DNA from: Candidatus Dojkabacteria bacterium
GTDB lineage: Bacteria; Patescibacteriota; Dojkabacteria; B142; OLB20
Direction of reading: 5' to 3'
NCBI GenBank assembly: GCA_046753765.1
Contig: JBHHUN010000004.1
Span: 5,359-69,358, forward strand
Length of the DNA stretch: 64,000 nucleotides
Shown: positions 1 to 9,684 of the stretch, piece after piece
Layout of the letters: every line of letters starts with the position of its first letter
Position numbering within the stretch: the first letter of the stretch is position 1
Translations under genes and position numbers: made by a program
The notes under the pieces: model-generated
Told to the model about the DNA's origin: nothing
What the model saw: the letters and a program-made list of their open reading frames with translations, nothing else
Databases searched by the model: none

Positions 1-322
1 TAATTCCATTATAGAGCTTGGGATTATGCGAAGCTGTGATCATGATCCCACCATCATACTCATGCTTACCGAGTACAAAGTAGACCATATCTGTTGTGGT
101 CATTCCAGTCGAATCAACCCTTCTACCAAGATCATTTGCAGCACGGACAAATGCCCTAAATAGCTCAGGGGAACTTTCTCGCATATCGTACCCGATCACA
201 TATCTTTCACCCTCAACTTTCGAAAAATATGCATGAGCCACTTTATAGGCGGCATCAGCATTCAATTCATCGGGATAAATCCCTCGAACATCGTATGCGT
301 GGAAAAAGCTATCGTTACTCAT
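1..322 (-). CDS. Phosphomannomutase/phosphoglucomutase, N-terminal part (runs off window)
   Basis: Manual translation from ATG at 322: MSNDSFFHAYDVRGIYP...VIGYDMRESS...GGIMITASHNPKLYNG. The AYDVRG and TASHNP (phosphoserine) motifs mark alpha-D-phosphohexomutases. Confidence 0.93.
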   Translation of the reverse strand, partial: MSNDSFFHAYDVRGIYPDELNADAAYKVAHAYFSKVEGERYVIGYDMRESSPELFRAFVRAANDLGRRVDSTGMTTTDMVYFVLGKHEYDGGIMITASHNPKLYNGI

Positions 323-458
323 TGGGCAGGTTGTAAATATAACACTCTTAATTTACCAGAAATCGCTGCATTAATAAATTGGAGCTCAATAATTGGACTG
401 GAACGTTGTTGAACTGACACATTGACCCTGCTACTATGAATATAGATACAAATTGCCC

Positions 459-1877
459 ATGTCCCACGAATGTAAACTAATGATTAACAACGAGTGGCGG
501 GATTCTCCAAGCGGGGAGACCCTCCAGATAGTTTCTCCCTGGGATGGACAGGAGGTTGGTTGTGTTCCTGCTGCCACTGCCGAGCAGGCTGTTGGCGCAG
601 TTCACAATTCTAAAGATACGTTCGGTAGCTGGCGCAGAAGTTCAATCAAACAACGTGTAGATATCTTTCGCGGCGCACTCGAAAAGATGCGGCAAAATAC
701 CGATCTACTGATAGGGTTACTTTCAAAAGAGATCGGAAAAACCGAAGAAAGCGCCAAACACGAAATCGACAGAAGCCTTGCCTACATTGAGCTTGTTGTG
801 GAGGCAATCAAACAGATGCGCGGAAACGTCTACTACGGGGACATAACCGGAGCGTACCCCAGAGGGAGGAAAACGGGTTACTACTCCAGAGAACCTCTCG
901 GTGTTGTTCTTGCAATCTCACCATTTAATTATCCAATAAATCTTTCAGTGACAAAAATAGCTCCGGCAGTAATCTCTGGGAACACAGTTGTCTTGAAACC
1001 GTCTACTCAGGGCAGTTTGACGGCAATAGAGCTATACAAATATTTTGTCGAGGCAGGGCTACCGCCGGGAGTACTCAATATCATTACAGGTAAATCCAGC
1101 GAAATTGGTGACCCGCTCCTTACAAACAAAGATGTCTCTTTAATCGCATTTACAGGAAGCACCGGGGTAGGCAACCATATCAGACAGGTTGCGAATGGAA
1201 TACCTTTATTGCTTGAACTTGGCGGGAAAGATACCGCTATTGTAACCAGCAAAGCCGACCTTGAAGTTACTGCAGAGCAGCTCACCTCAGGGGGCTTCTC
1301 ATACTGTGGACAGAGATGCACCGCACAAAAGATGGTGCTGGTTTACGAAGAGATCGCTGATGAACTGGTTAAAAGAGTGGTTGAAGGGTCAAAGCACCTT
1401 AATTTAAACCCGCTTATTGATGATGAGTCTGCAGACTTTGTGTCGTCGTTGATTGATGACGCTGTTGAAAAAGGGGCTGTTAAAGCGCTTGGCGGAAAAC
1501 GAAACAAGAATCATATCGAAGCGAATGTACTGGACCATGTGACCGACGAGATGCGCCTATTCCACGAAGAGCAATTTGGCCCTGTGTTGCCAATTGTAAG
1601 AGTGACCGGAGAAGAGGAGGCTCTGGCAAAACACAATTCAATTCGATACGGCTTACAAGGAAGCGTTTATACCAACAACATTGAAGAAGCATTTAGAATT
1701 GCCGACAAACTTGAGGTAGGGACCGTGCAGATTAACGGCAGACCCGACAGGGGACCTGACAACTTCCCGTTCGGAGGGGTTAAGGACTCGGGACAGTTTA
1801 TGCAAGGAACAATTGAAACGATTGAACTTATGACCCGCGGAAAGCTGACTGTTGTCAACCTCCACAAATATGACTAA
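459..1877 (+). CDS. gapN: Non-phosphorylating NADP-dependent glyceraldehyde-3-phosphate dehydrogenase (ALDH superfamily)
   Basis: ISPFNYPINL, FTGS, LELGGKD, catalytic GQRCTA, EEQFGPV and the GapN-typical RGPDNFPF. ATG at 459 preferred over TTG at 453. Confidence 0.85.
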   Translation: MSHECKLMINNEWRDSPSGETLQIVSPWDGQEVGCVPAATAEQAVGAVHNSKDTFGSWRRSSIKQRVDIFRGALEKMRQNTDLLIGLLSKEIGKTEESAKHEIDRSLAYIELVVEAIKQMRGNVYYGDITGAYPRGRKTGYYSREPLGVVLAISPFNYPINLSVTKIAPAVISGNTVVLKPSTQGSLTAIELYKYFVEAGLPPGVLNIITGKSSEIGDPLLTNKDVSLIAFTGSTGVGNHIRQVANGIPLLLELGGKDTAIVTSKADLEVTAEQLTSGGFSYCGQRCTAQKMVLVYEEIADELVKRVVEGSKHLNLNPLIDDESADFVSSLIDDAVEKGAVKALGGKRNKNHIEANVLDHVTDEMRLFHEEQFGPVLPIVRVTGEEEALAKHNSIRYGLQGSVYTNNIEEAFRIADKLEVGTVQINGRPDRGPDNFPFGGVKDSGQFMQGTIETIELMTRGKLTVVNLHKYD

Positions 1878-1926
1878 CAACCACTCCCTCCACCCTTGTT
1901 TTAAAAAGACCAATTATGGACCAGTA

Positions 1927-2940
1927 TCAGTTGGGCATTATAAGAGAATAGTATGTAGCCGTCGCTAAAAATGTTAGCCGATCAGTATATGTTCCGGTTG
2001 AGTCTCCTGCATCAGGACTTGCACCTACTTCCCATTCAAGTCTCAGGCTGTCTATTGGTGCCAAATTTGTCGTAAAGATACTTGTTTGCATAGTTGGCAC
2101 ATCACAGTAGTAGTCTGTTCCAGTATCAAGCCTTATCGATATCTCATAAAGCCCGACTGTAGTCGGATTGACTATTCTTGTGTCCCCGGCACTTGGGTCG
2201 TCCGCATTAAAACCGATCAGTACATTTACAATGCTCCCCGAAGCAATTTCACCTGCTCCGGCATCTGTTGGTGCAGTGAAGATAATGATATCCGTCGTGG
2301 CATTTATATTCACTCCCCATGTCCCAACAGCAGCACTGCACGGATTCGCCCCTGTACACAGTGTGAGATCAGTATCATCATCTTCAAGGTCGATGTCCCC
2401 CACGTCTATAGAATTAAAATCAAAATCTGTTGTGCCATCTGTAGTAGCCTGACTGAGGACAAAGTCCACCCAATAGGTAATACCGCCTTCATCTGCGACC
2501 GTTACATTTGAATCTGCCTCGTCAAGTGTGTAGTACCCACTGCAGTCAGTACTTACCGCTGCTAAAGATGTCGCCTCCCGACAGATAGCCACCTGGTTAC
2601 CGGCACCTTTTGGCACGTAGAGCGTATAGGTCGACCCTGAAGCTCCCGGCAGAGCACTGAACCCACCGGGGTAGTGGAAGAAAGTCTTCTCCCCGTTGCT
2701 GTCAGCGCTAACATTTGTCTAATTTCTGCTCGCAGAAAAATCAACATTAAATAAAGCAATCCTATTTGACCGTTAGTTGAAGTGTCCGTTGACCAGTCAG
2801 AGCTTGTAACTGCTCTTACCCTTGCCGACAGGTTCGTGATCAAAGAACCATACACATCAGTATATCCCGCCGTCGGATTGGTAGTTCCGGTGCTCGTTGA
2901 TCCACCGTTGGTTCCATCGGATGAGAACGTGTTATTAATT
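1927..2940 (-). pseudogene. Degraded remnant of a large Thr/Asp/Ser-rich surface protein
   Basis: No start codon. One frame reads INNTFSSDGTNGG...STNG, then shifts near 2765 to NRIALFNVDFSASRN*TNVSADSNGEK...YVPKGAG with an in-frame TAG at 2719-2721, continuing into ORF 1927..2616. Confidence 0.7.
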
Positions 2941-2966
2941 TAGACTCTATTGCAACCTATTTGGAG

Positions 2967-5006
2967 TTATATTTGAAGTAGATTTACTGTTCTCACAAAC
3001 TCAGCGTGCGACCAGGTGAGTGGCTTCACTGACCTAGCCACGCCATGGTGTGGATCAGCCTGCTCTGCCATAAGTCCGGTGTGATCTGTGTGGTCCAGTA
3101 CCCAGGTAACATATCTCTTTGCTTTTTCAGGTTCTCCCTTGTTCAACCAATATTGTGCCATCCAAAGAGTACAGATAAACCATGGATTTCCCTGAAGAGA
3201 ATCGTCTTCTCGGTGATACCAGTCGTTTTCTTTCCGTGCGATTCCACCTACTTTTGTATCTACCCACAGTTTCTCCTCGACCTCTCTCATTGTGCTCTCA
3301 ATCCTCGGATCGTTAATATCGTACATTCCGTACCGCCAAAGTGCAAAAAACTGTGCATCAATAGAATCATCACGCACACATACCTCTTCTACCGGATCAC
3401 ACCTGATAACTTTTAGAAATCGACCCTGTGCCACTGCATACAGGTGTTTATTAGTGCTTTCAAGTATCTCTTCTTTTACCTTGTTGTATTTATCTCTGAG
3501 CTTCAGGTCTCCGTGGCTTTCAGCTAGTTTTGCTGCGGCATTTAGTCCAGCGAAAACAGTAGCTACTGTGTACGAAAATATCCCCCGTTCAATCTCCCAA
3601 ATACCATAGCTTGGTCTTGGCAGTCCGGACTGCTGATAGTCTGAGTCGAGGGGATTCGAAATGTACCGATCTTCAAAACCCTCAACTGCAGCAGAGATAT
3701 TGAATGATTCAAAATCCTCACTGTAACGGTACTTAACCAGAAAGTCAGCTGCCTTATTAATAAATCCCCACATCTCATTTAAAAACTCCTGATCACCGAA
3801 CCGCTCATGGTGTTTCCAGAGAGCATGAAGAACGAGCGCGGTTTCGTCCTCCTGGATAGGTAATTGAAAATTGCCACCGCTATCAATCCATGGGTGCCAA
3901 CTGGATGCTAACCCTGAGCTGATATCAGGGTAGTACTTATGAAGAATATATCCGTCAGTATCAAGGATGTCTTTGCAATATCGGAAAAACTTCTTTACTA
4001 GATCACCAACCCCTGCATCTATTAGTGCTTCAGAAACCATCGCGCCGTCTCTCGGCCAAAAGTAAGAGTAGGTGTCTTTTCCTCCAGCCTTAAGGAATGT
4101 TGAGTCATTAGCTGCGATAATAGCCCCACCGTTATCAAAATGCGTTCTAATAATGAGGAGTGACCTTTTATAAAGCTCAAATACTTTTTTGTCTCTCTCA
4201 TCACCAAATAGCTTTGGCTTTTTATCTTTGTAAAGTGTAACAACTTTGCTCCTTACCCAATTTTTCCAATATATATCAGTATTCTCAACTAGCTGATCAC
4301 TGCCTTTCTTTCTTATAAGCTCTGCAAGCTTGGTGGTGTCATCGAAGTTGTTTCCGCAGACGATGAAACTGTCAAATTTGGCTTTTTCATTGCTCTTGAT
4401 CTCGAACCTATAGGAGATGTTTGACTGCGCCGAGCCGGTAGTTACGGGATTATAGTGAAGCTCACCTTTATCATTTGGGACAGCACCTCGCCCATGATTA
4501 TCATTTGGTGCAGCGCATGTAAACTGATGAATATTCCCCGTCGAACCAACTCCAACGTATCTGTTCTTCTTGTAATGAACCATCAGTTGAGACCTTGGAT
4601 CCCACACTGCAGTGTTACCGACATCATCCTCAAGCATATAGAAATTATTCTTGATATACACGTAGACCTCTTTCTGGGAATCGCTCAGGTTTTCTATCTC
4701 AAATGATCTTATAAAAGCATCTTTATCAGGAAGTACACAGTCTCTTACTCTCACCTGGACCCCCTCTGTTTTATGAGTCATGATTGAATCAGATACAAGG
4801 GAATCATCAAGATACGATGTGGAGACTTTCCAGTTCCCATCAATGCCAGACGTCTCCTTACCATTTATCCGAAAAAACACCTCATTTGGTCTTTGCGCCA
4901 AATGATTTTCTTGCCCCACATGTGGCCAGTACAGATCAGAAAGATCAAGGTGTTCGTTTACGTTTACGAGCAAGTTTCCGTTTCCGAAAACCAGAGCAGT
5001 ATTCAT
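2967..5006 (-). CDS. Glycoside hydrolase family 15 (glucoamylase-like)
   Basis: N-terminal GNG..LVN...D.YWPHVG, YSYFWPRDG, IQEDETA, GIWE (acid), MAEQ (base), PLTWSHAEF. Confidence 0.92.
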   Translation of the reverse strand: MNTALVFGNGNLLVNVNEHLDLSDLYWPHVGQENHLAQRPNEVFFRINGKETSGIDGNWKVSTSYLDDSLVSDSIMTHKTEGVQVRVRDCVLPDKDAFIRSFEIENLSDSQKEVYVYIKNNFYMLEDDVGNTAVWDPRSQLMVHYKKNRYVGVGSTGNIHQFTCAAPNDNHGRGAVPNDKGELHYNPVTTGSAQSNISYRFEIKSNEKAKFDSFIVCGNNFDDTTKLAELIRKKGSDQLVENTDIYWKNWVRSKVVTLYKDKKPKLFGDERDKKVFELYKRSLLIIRTHFDNGGAIIAANDSTFLKAGGKDTYSYFWPRDGAMVSEALIDAGVGDLVKKFFRYCKDILDTDGYILHKYYPDISSGLASSWHPWIDSGGNFQLPIQEDETALVLHALWKHHERFGDQEFLNEMWGFINKAADFLVKYRYSEDFESFNISAAVEGFEDRYISNPLDSDYQQSGLPRPSYGIWEIERGIFSYTVATVFAGLNAAAKLAESHGDLKLRDKYNKVKEEILESTNKHLYAVAQGRFLKVIRCDPVEEVCVRDDSIDAQFFALWRYGMYDINDPRIESTMREVEEKLWVDTKVGGIARKENDWYHREDDSLQGNPWFICTLWMAQYWLNKGEPEKAKRYVTWVLDHTDHTGLMAEQADPHHGVARSVKPLTWSHAEFVRTVNLLQI

Positions 5007-5009
5007 CTT

Positions 5010-6917
5010 TTATTTGTTTATTAAAGATAGTGTCTCAAGCAATGTTGCCACACTCCATGCCTGAGAGATGCAACCCGCCGGCTTCATTGTAGCTGGATCA
5101 TAGATCTCAGCTAGGTACTTCACGTTGTCTTCTTCAAGCTTCAGTTCTAGCGCATTAAGTCTTTCGACCACTGCTTCTCTTGCCTTCTCATTATTAAGCT
5201 CAAGTTTGTATCTTGCGCTGAGATAGTGTCCAAGCAGAAACGGCCAGATCGTCCCCTGATGATATGCATTGTCTCGTTTCTCCTGGCTCCCTGAATAATT
5301 CCCCTTGTACGCAGGATCATCACTGGCAAGAGTCTTCAAGCCAACATCAGTCAACAGTTTACTTTTAACTGTATCAAGTATTCTGCGGGACTTCCTCTTT
5401 CCTAGAAGAGAGAAATCCAGGTATACTGCAACAATCTGGTTCGGTCTTACGCTCCCATCTTTGTCATCACCATCGATGCGATCATACAAGCACTGTGCCC
5501 TTTCGTTCCAGAAATCATTCTTAAACCATTTCTCTAGTTTTGCAGTAATCGAACGTATCTGCGTTAAATGAGTCCTATCGTTCGATTTCAATTTTAACTC
5601 AAGAAGGATCTTAAGATAGTTATACCAGAGTGCCTGGATTTCGACTGCTCTCCCGGAGCGGCTTGTAACAGGCACGCCGTTTATTTGAGCATCCATCCAT
5701 GTGAGTGCCTTGTTTGAGTTTGTGTTGACTAGATATCCCTGCTCATCTACATATACACCGAGACTGCCCTCTGAAAAAGCAAGCATAATTCCCTCAAGCT
5801 CTTCTATGAAGGACCCAACAAACTCGATATCTTTTGTGGCAAGAAAGTACTTCCATAACGCATTGACAAACCAAAACACTGCATCAAGTGAATTATAGTC
5901 GTCTACGAACGGTCGGTTGGGGAGGAAACCATTCCTTAGCAGTCCTTTCCATCTCGTGAGGAGCTGACGCGCCTCTTCAAGCCTATTTGTCGATAGAAAC
6001 AACCCTGGGAAAGAGACAAACGTGTCGCGTCCCCAGTCGTCAAACCAGTGGTATCCAGCAATGACAGATTTCTTATCACCAACATCAACAATGAAGTGGT
6101 CAGACTGCCTCGCGAGGAGTTCGCTGAGTTTGCTTCTTTGTATTCCACCTTGCTCGTGAAAGCTATCCGAAAGCAATTGAAGTCTGTTGTTATACTGGAT
6201 GAATGGGTCATCGACTGTTCTGCTGCCCCTCCCCTGACCACGGAAAAACCTGAATGTAACTGACAGTTCAGAATCGCCTTCGGGAACCTCTACCTGCAGT
6301 CTACCCGGTTTAAACAGATCTTCGTGCGCGTCGTAACCTCTCTCTTTTTCTATGGGATAGAAGAAATTGCTATATCTGTCCTGCTCGCTCACGAATGTGG
6401 GGAGGTCAGATACAATCCTCAAAAAGTCAGACTCTGCAAGTCGAACGAGTATACCCACCTCATCTTCAAATACCTCAAATTCATCCGGACCGCCTAAAGT
6501 GTGCATATTTCTGTACGTCAGGAGCGGTATCAGGTTGAATCTCATTGCCCTCAGTGCAGTAAACTGATACTTCACAACAGTGGTATTTTCACCGCGAACC
6601 ATTACCAGCGATTTTACAGCTTTGATTCCATCATGTTCAAACGTCCACCTCGGATAATGATCCAAAGAGAAGTCAGCAAGGTTCTGGAATCCATGTGGAG
6701 TTATGACGCCATCGTTATAATGGTTTGTTGAGAGCCAAATCTTTTGTGTCCCATCTTCAAACCATTCGTCGAGCCTATTTACCACATTCATACGAATTAA
6801 ATCAGTATGCGCAGCGACAAGAACACCGTGGTATTTGCGCGTACTGCCTCCCATTGACATTCCAGAAGCAAATCCACCCATTCCATTTGTTATAAGATAC
6901 TCCTGACCGGTATTCAT
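5010..6917 (-). CDS. Glycogen debranching enzyme (amylo-alpha-1,6-glucosidase, GDE_N + GDE_C)
   Basis: EYLITNGMGGFAS, TRKYHG, AGYHWFDDWGRDT, LTWMDA, VEIQALWYN, RPNQ, YHQGTIWP, GCISQAWS. Confidence 0.93.
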   Translation of the reverse strand: MNTGQEYLITNGMGGFASGMSMGGSTRKYHGVLVAAHTDLIRMNVVNRLDEWFEDGTQKIWLSTNHYNDGVITPHGFQNLADFSLDHYPRWTFEHDGIKAVKSLVMVRGENTTVVKYQFTALRAMRFNLIPLLTYRNMHTLGGPDEFEVFEDEVGILVRLAESDFLRIVSDLPTFVSEQDRYSNFFYPIEKERGYDAHEDLFKPGRLQVEVPEGDSELSVTFRFFRGQGRGSRTVDDPFIQYNNRLQLLSDSFHEQGGIQRSKLSELLARQSDHFIVDVGDKKSVIAGYHWFDDWGRDTFVSFPGLFLSTNRLEEARQLLTRWKGLLRNGFLPNRPFVDDYNSLDAVFWFVNALWKYFLATKDIEFVGSFIEELEGIMLAFSEGSLGVYVDEQGYLVNTNSNKALTWMDAQINGVPVTSRSGRAVEIQALWYNYLKILLELKLKSNDRTHLTQIRSITAKLEKWFKNDFWNERAQCLYDRIDGDDKDGSVRPNQIVAVYLDFSLLGKRKSRRILDTVKSKLLTDVGLKTLASDDPAYKGNYSGSQEKRDNAYHQGTIWPFLLGHYLSARYKLELNNEKAREAVVERLNALELKLEEDNVKYLAEIYDPATMKPAGCISQAWSVATLLETLSLINK

Positions 6918-8125
6918 TACTGTTTTAGCCTCCCCACTTCAGATTTAAAATCGTTGAGGATGTTCATATAATTGATATACGCGTCATACGGTGATTCGTA
7001 AGGACTCTTGTACTCTTCGTCTGTCACCGTATTGAAACTCGTAGTTGACATACTTGAAAAATGGTCAGCCTGTTGAAGACAACGCCACGTGTTTAATAGA
7101 TCACTTCTTCGTTTTCGGTCGTTCAGCTGCTCTGCAAGATCACTTACTTCTGCCTCAATCTGATACACTTCCTCTAAGGCCTCCTTCTGCAGCCTGTTTC
7201 CTTTTTCAATCCAAGATCGAGTTTTTCTGACATCTAGAGCGTCAAGGGCGTCAAAAGCGGCAATAGTTTCGCTTGGTGACCTAAACAGTGTGCCAACATC
7301 TAACACCTTCCTAAGTCTTTTTTCGAGTACCAGCAGCACCTTCTTGCTTTCCTGCAAATCCATACTAAGACTACCATATGAATAGAAGATATTTGTACTC
7401 TTACCGTTCGTTTCTCCGGGAGCATCAATGTCTTGAAGTGAATAATTATCGTCTGCAAGGAGAATTTTTAGTTTCTCCGGTGCCCTTTGTTTAAACCTGA
7501 AACTAATCGCTGCCTCGGCGGCAGTGTCATCTAATTCAACTGGATTGGCAGTATAGAGGAGCCCCTTGTTCAGTTTCTTTTTACTTACACTCCCAACCAA
7601 AACACCTTCAAATCCTAATCTTCTAATAAAACTGGCAAGCTTGTTGTTATAGATAAACTCCGTATTGCCAAAGACTTTGGGTTTTCTACGAAAAATATTC
7701 CAGATGGCTTTCCGATTCAAAAGGATCTGTTCTGCAAATTCCTTCGGAGAGTACAACCAGCTGAGCGGACTATGATATGGATAACTCACAATTTCGACCT
7801 TTCCCGTATCAACTAACTCATTGAAGCTGACAAGGAGGTCGGGAGTGTATTCTCTAAACTGCTCAAGCGCTACACCTGAGAAAGATAATGACAGTTTGAA
7901 GTTATCGTATTCTTTAAGAAGGCTTCCGAACAGCTTGTTAATGAGGAAGAAGTTAGTTGTAAGCTGTCTTTGTAATCTACCAGGATCAGAATTCCAGTCT
8001 CTGAAGTACCTATTAAAACCTACCCGTGAGTCAACATCAAAGAAATTAAACCTGGCCAGCAGGTACGGCACGTGCACGCTTAAGTACAGGCATACAGATT
8101 TTTCTCTCGGTAGTTTTCGCATCAA
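6917..8125 (-). CDS. GH57 alpha-amylase-like protein, catalytic acid/base apparently lost
   Basis: SFSGVALEQ, NTEFIY (nucleophile Glu), GNRLQ, WRCLQQADHF..MST, SPYESPYDAYINYMNIL. The HQP and DYETFG motifs are degenerate. Confidence 0.8.
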   Translation of the reverse strand: MMRKLPREKSVCLYLSVHVPYLLARFNFFDVDSRVGFNRYFRDWNSDPGRLQRQLTTNFFLINKLFGSLLKEYDNFKLSLSFSGVALEQFREYTPDLLVSFNELVDTGKVEIVSYPYHSPLSWLYSPKEFAEQILLNRKAIWNIFRRKPKVFGNTEFIYNNKLASFIRRLGFEGVLVGSVSKKKLNKGLLYTANPVELDDTAAEAAISFRFKQRAPEKLKILLADDNYSLQDIDAPGETNGKSTNIFYSYGSLSMDLQESKKVLLVLEKRLRKVLDVGTLFRSPSETIAAFDALDALDVRKTRSWIEKGNRLQKEALEEVYQIEAEVSDLAEQLNDRKRRSDLLNTWRCLQQADHFSSMSTTSFNTVTDEEYKSPYESPYDAYINYMNILNDFKSEVGRLKQ

Positions 8126-9372
8126 AAATCATGGGCAAGGGCAGTATAGATACCGATCACCTTTTTACTTTGTGTGTCCCAATCCATCTTTTGAAGATCA
8201 TGGTACCCATATTCACTCAGTGTTTTTGCAAGACTTGAGTGGTTCAAGACAGCCAAAATCTTGTTTGCCATCTCATCAATATCCCAGAAATCCACCTTAA
8301 GCGCGTTGCGAACTACCTCTGATGCACCGGACTGTTTTGACATGAGGACTGGTGTTCCATTACGCATTGCCTCAAGTGCAGTAATGCCAAATGGCTCAGC
8401 AATGGAAGGCATAACAAATAGATCTGCCTGACGATAAGCCCTATCCACCCTAGAGTTTTCCAGGAATCCCGGAAAGATGACATTGCCATTAATTCCAAGC
8501 TCCAGGCTTAGATCGACAAGCTCTTCTTTCATTGACCCCTTACCTACAAACACAAACTGCACATCTTTATTAATTGAAAGGACTTTTTTAGCTGCTCTAA
8601 GCAAAAAGTCAGCCCCTTTTGATGGGGCGAGTCTGGCGAGAAATAAGACCGTAGGCACCACACGCTTCAACCCTGGAGTCAGTATAGGCTTGGTTTTCAC
8701 TTTCTTTGACTCGTCAACAGCATTATGGACGACTTCAATCTTTTTTCGAGGAATTCCATAGTGATATGCAATCTTCTTCTTGGTTTTTTCTGATACAGCG
8801 ATCACCTTATCCGCAACCTCCATCCCTGATCGCTCGTACTCATAAATTATTGGATCAGGATTATCAGCGGTGCGCTCAAACTCTGTGGCGTGAATATGCA
8901 CTACAAGTGGCTTGCCACTTACAGATTTAGCGTTAGCTGCTGCTTTGAATGTCATCCAGTCATGCGCGTGGATTACGTCGTGTTTTACTTTGCGGGCAAT
9001 ATCGAGCGCTCTTACTGCAAACTTAAGCACCTCCCCGGAGAGATCAGCACCGTACATCTCTGAGCTAGATTCTTGGGAAGGTTTCTCTTTCAGTTCTTTG
9101 GACATCTTCTCAAAATCGGCTACGTTGAGATATGGGGAGAGCAGCGACTCAACTTCGATATACTCAACCGAAGACACATCAACCTCCGATTCTGAAGCAT
9201 TAACAATCGTTAGTTTTTCTTCGTGGACGGCTCTCGGTATTTTGGGCAGAACAAACGTCACATCGACACCGTTATTGGCAAGATTGTGTGAAAGTGACCT
9301 GCAAACGACACCCAGCCCACCCGCAACAACAGGGGCGAACTCCCATCCAAACATCAAGACTCTCATTCCCAT
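8122..9372 (-). CDS. GT4 glycosyltransferase, probable glycogen synthase
   Basis: MFGWEFAP..GGLG, HAHDWMT, HIHATEFER, MPSIAEPFGITALEA. First gene of the glycogen operon. Confidence 0.88.
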   Translation of the reverse strand: MGMRVLMFGWEFAPVVAGGLGVVCRSLSHNLANNGVDVTFVLPKIPRAVHEEKLTIVNASESEVDVSSVEYIEVESLLSPYLNVADFEKMSKELKEKPSQESSSEMYGADLSGEVLKFAVRALDIARKVKHDVIHAHDWMTFKAAANAKSVSGKPLVVHIHATEFERTADNPDPIIYEYERSGMEVADKVIAVSEKTKKKIAYHYGIPRKKIEVVHNAVDESKKVKTKPILTPGLKRVVPTVLFLARLAPSKGADFLLRAAKKVLSINKDVQFVFVGKGSMKEELVDLSLELGINGNVIFPGFLENSRVDRAYRQADLFVMPSIAEPFGITALEAMRNGTPVLMSKQSGASEVVRNALKVDFWDIDEMANKILAVLNHSSLAKTLSEYGYHDLQKMDWDTQSKKVIGIYTALAHDF

Positions 9373-9457
9373 AAGGCAGCTTCTGACACTTTCAAGATAT
9401 TATTACATATGTAGTAATTGTATTCCAGCCTAGTCTATACTATAATAACGCTATCTA

Positions 9458-9627
9458 ACAGAGAAGGGAATACATAGTAGGTGAAATTTCCCGAAAAGTC
9501 AGCCCAGGACTCAAGCTGAGCGATACCGAACAATAAAACATACCACTATAAGTAAAAAAAAAGGTGGAACCGTCCGCATTGAGACCCTTGTATACTATAG
9601 ATTTAGTAGGTAAGGGTCTTTTTTTGT
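9458..9627 (+). promoter_or_regulatory. T-box riboswitch leader of thrS
   Basis: Antiterminator AAGG-TGGAACC-GTC...GAC-CCTT (9561-9589) with a 7-nt UGGNACC bulge, overlapping an intrinsic terminator. Candidate Thr specifiers are ACA (9472-9474) or ACC (9525-9527). TATAAT at 9441-9446. Confidence 0.8.
9582..9626 (+). terminator. Intrinsic terminator of the T-box leader
   Basis: AGACCCTTG-TATACTA...TAGTAGG-TAAGGGTCT hairpin followed by a T run. Confidence 0.8.
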
Positions 9628-9684
9628 CTGATTATTATAATCAACAGTAATTGTTAATGAGAATAATTTGTAAATATTACAACT

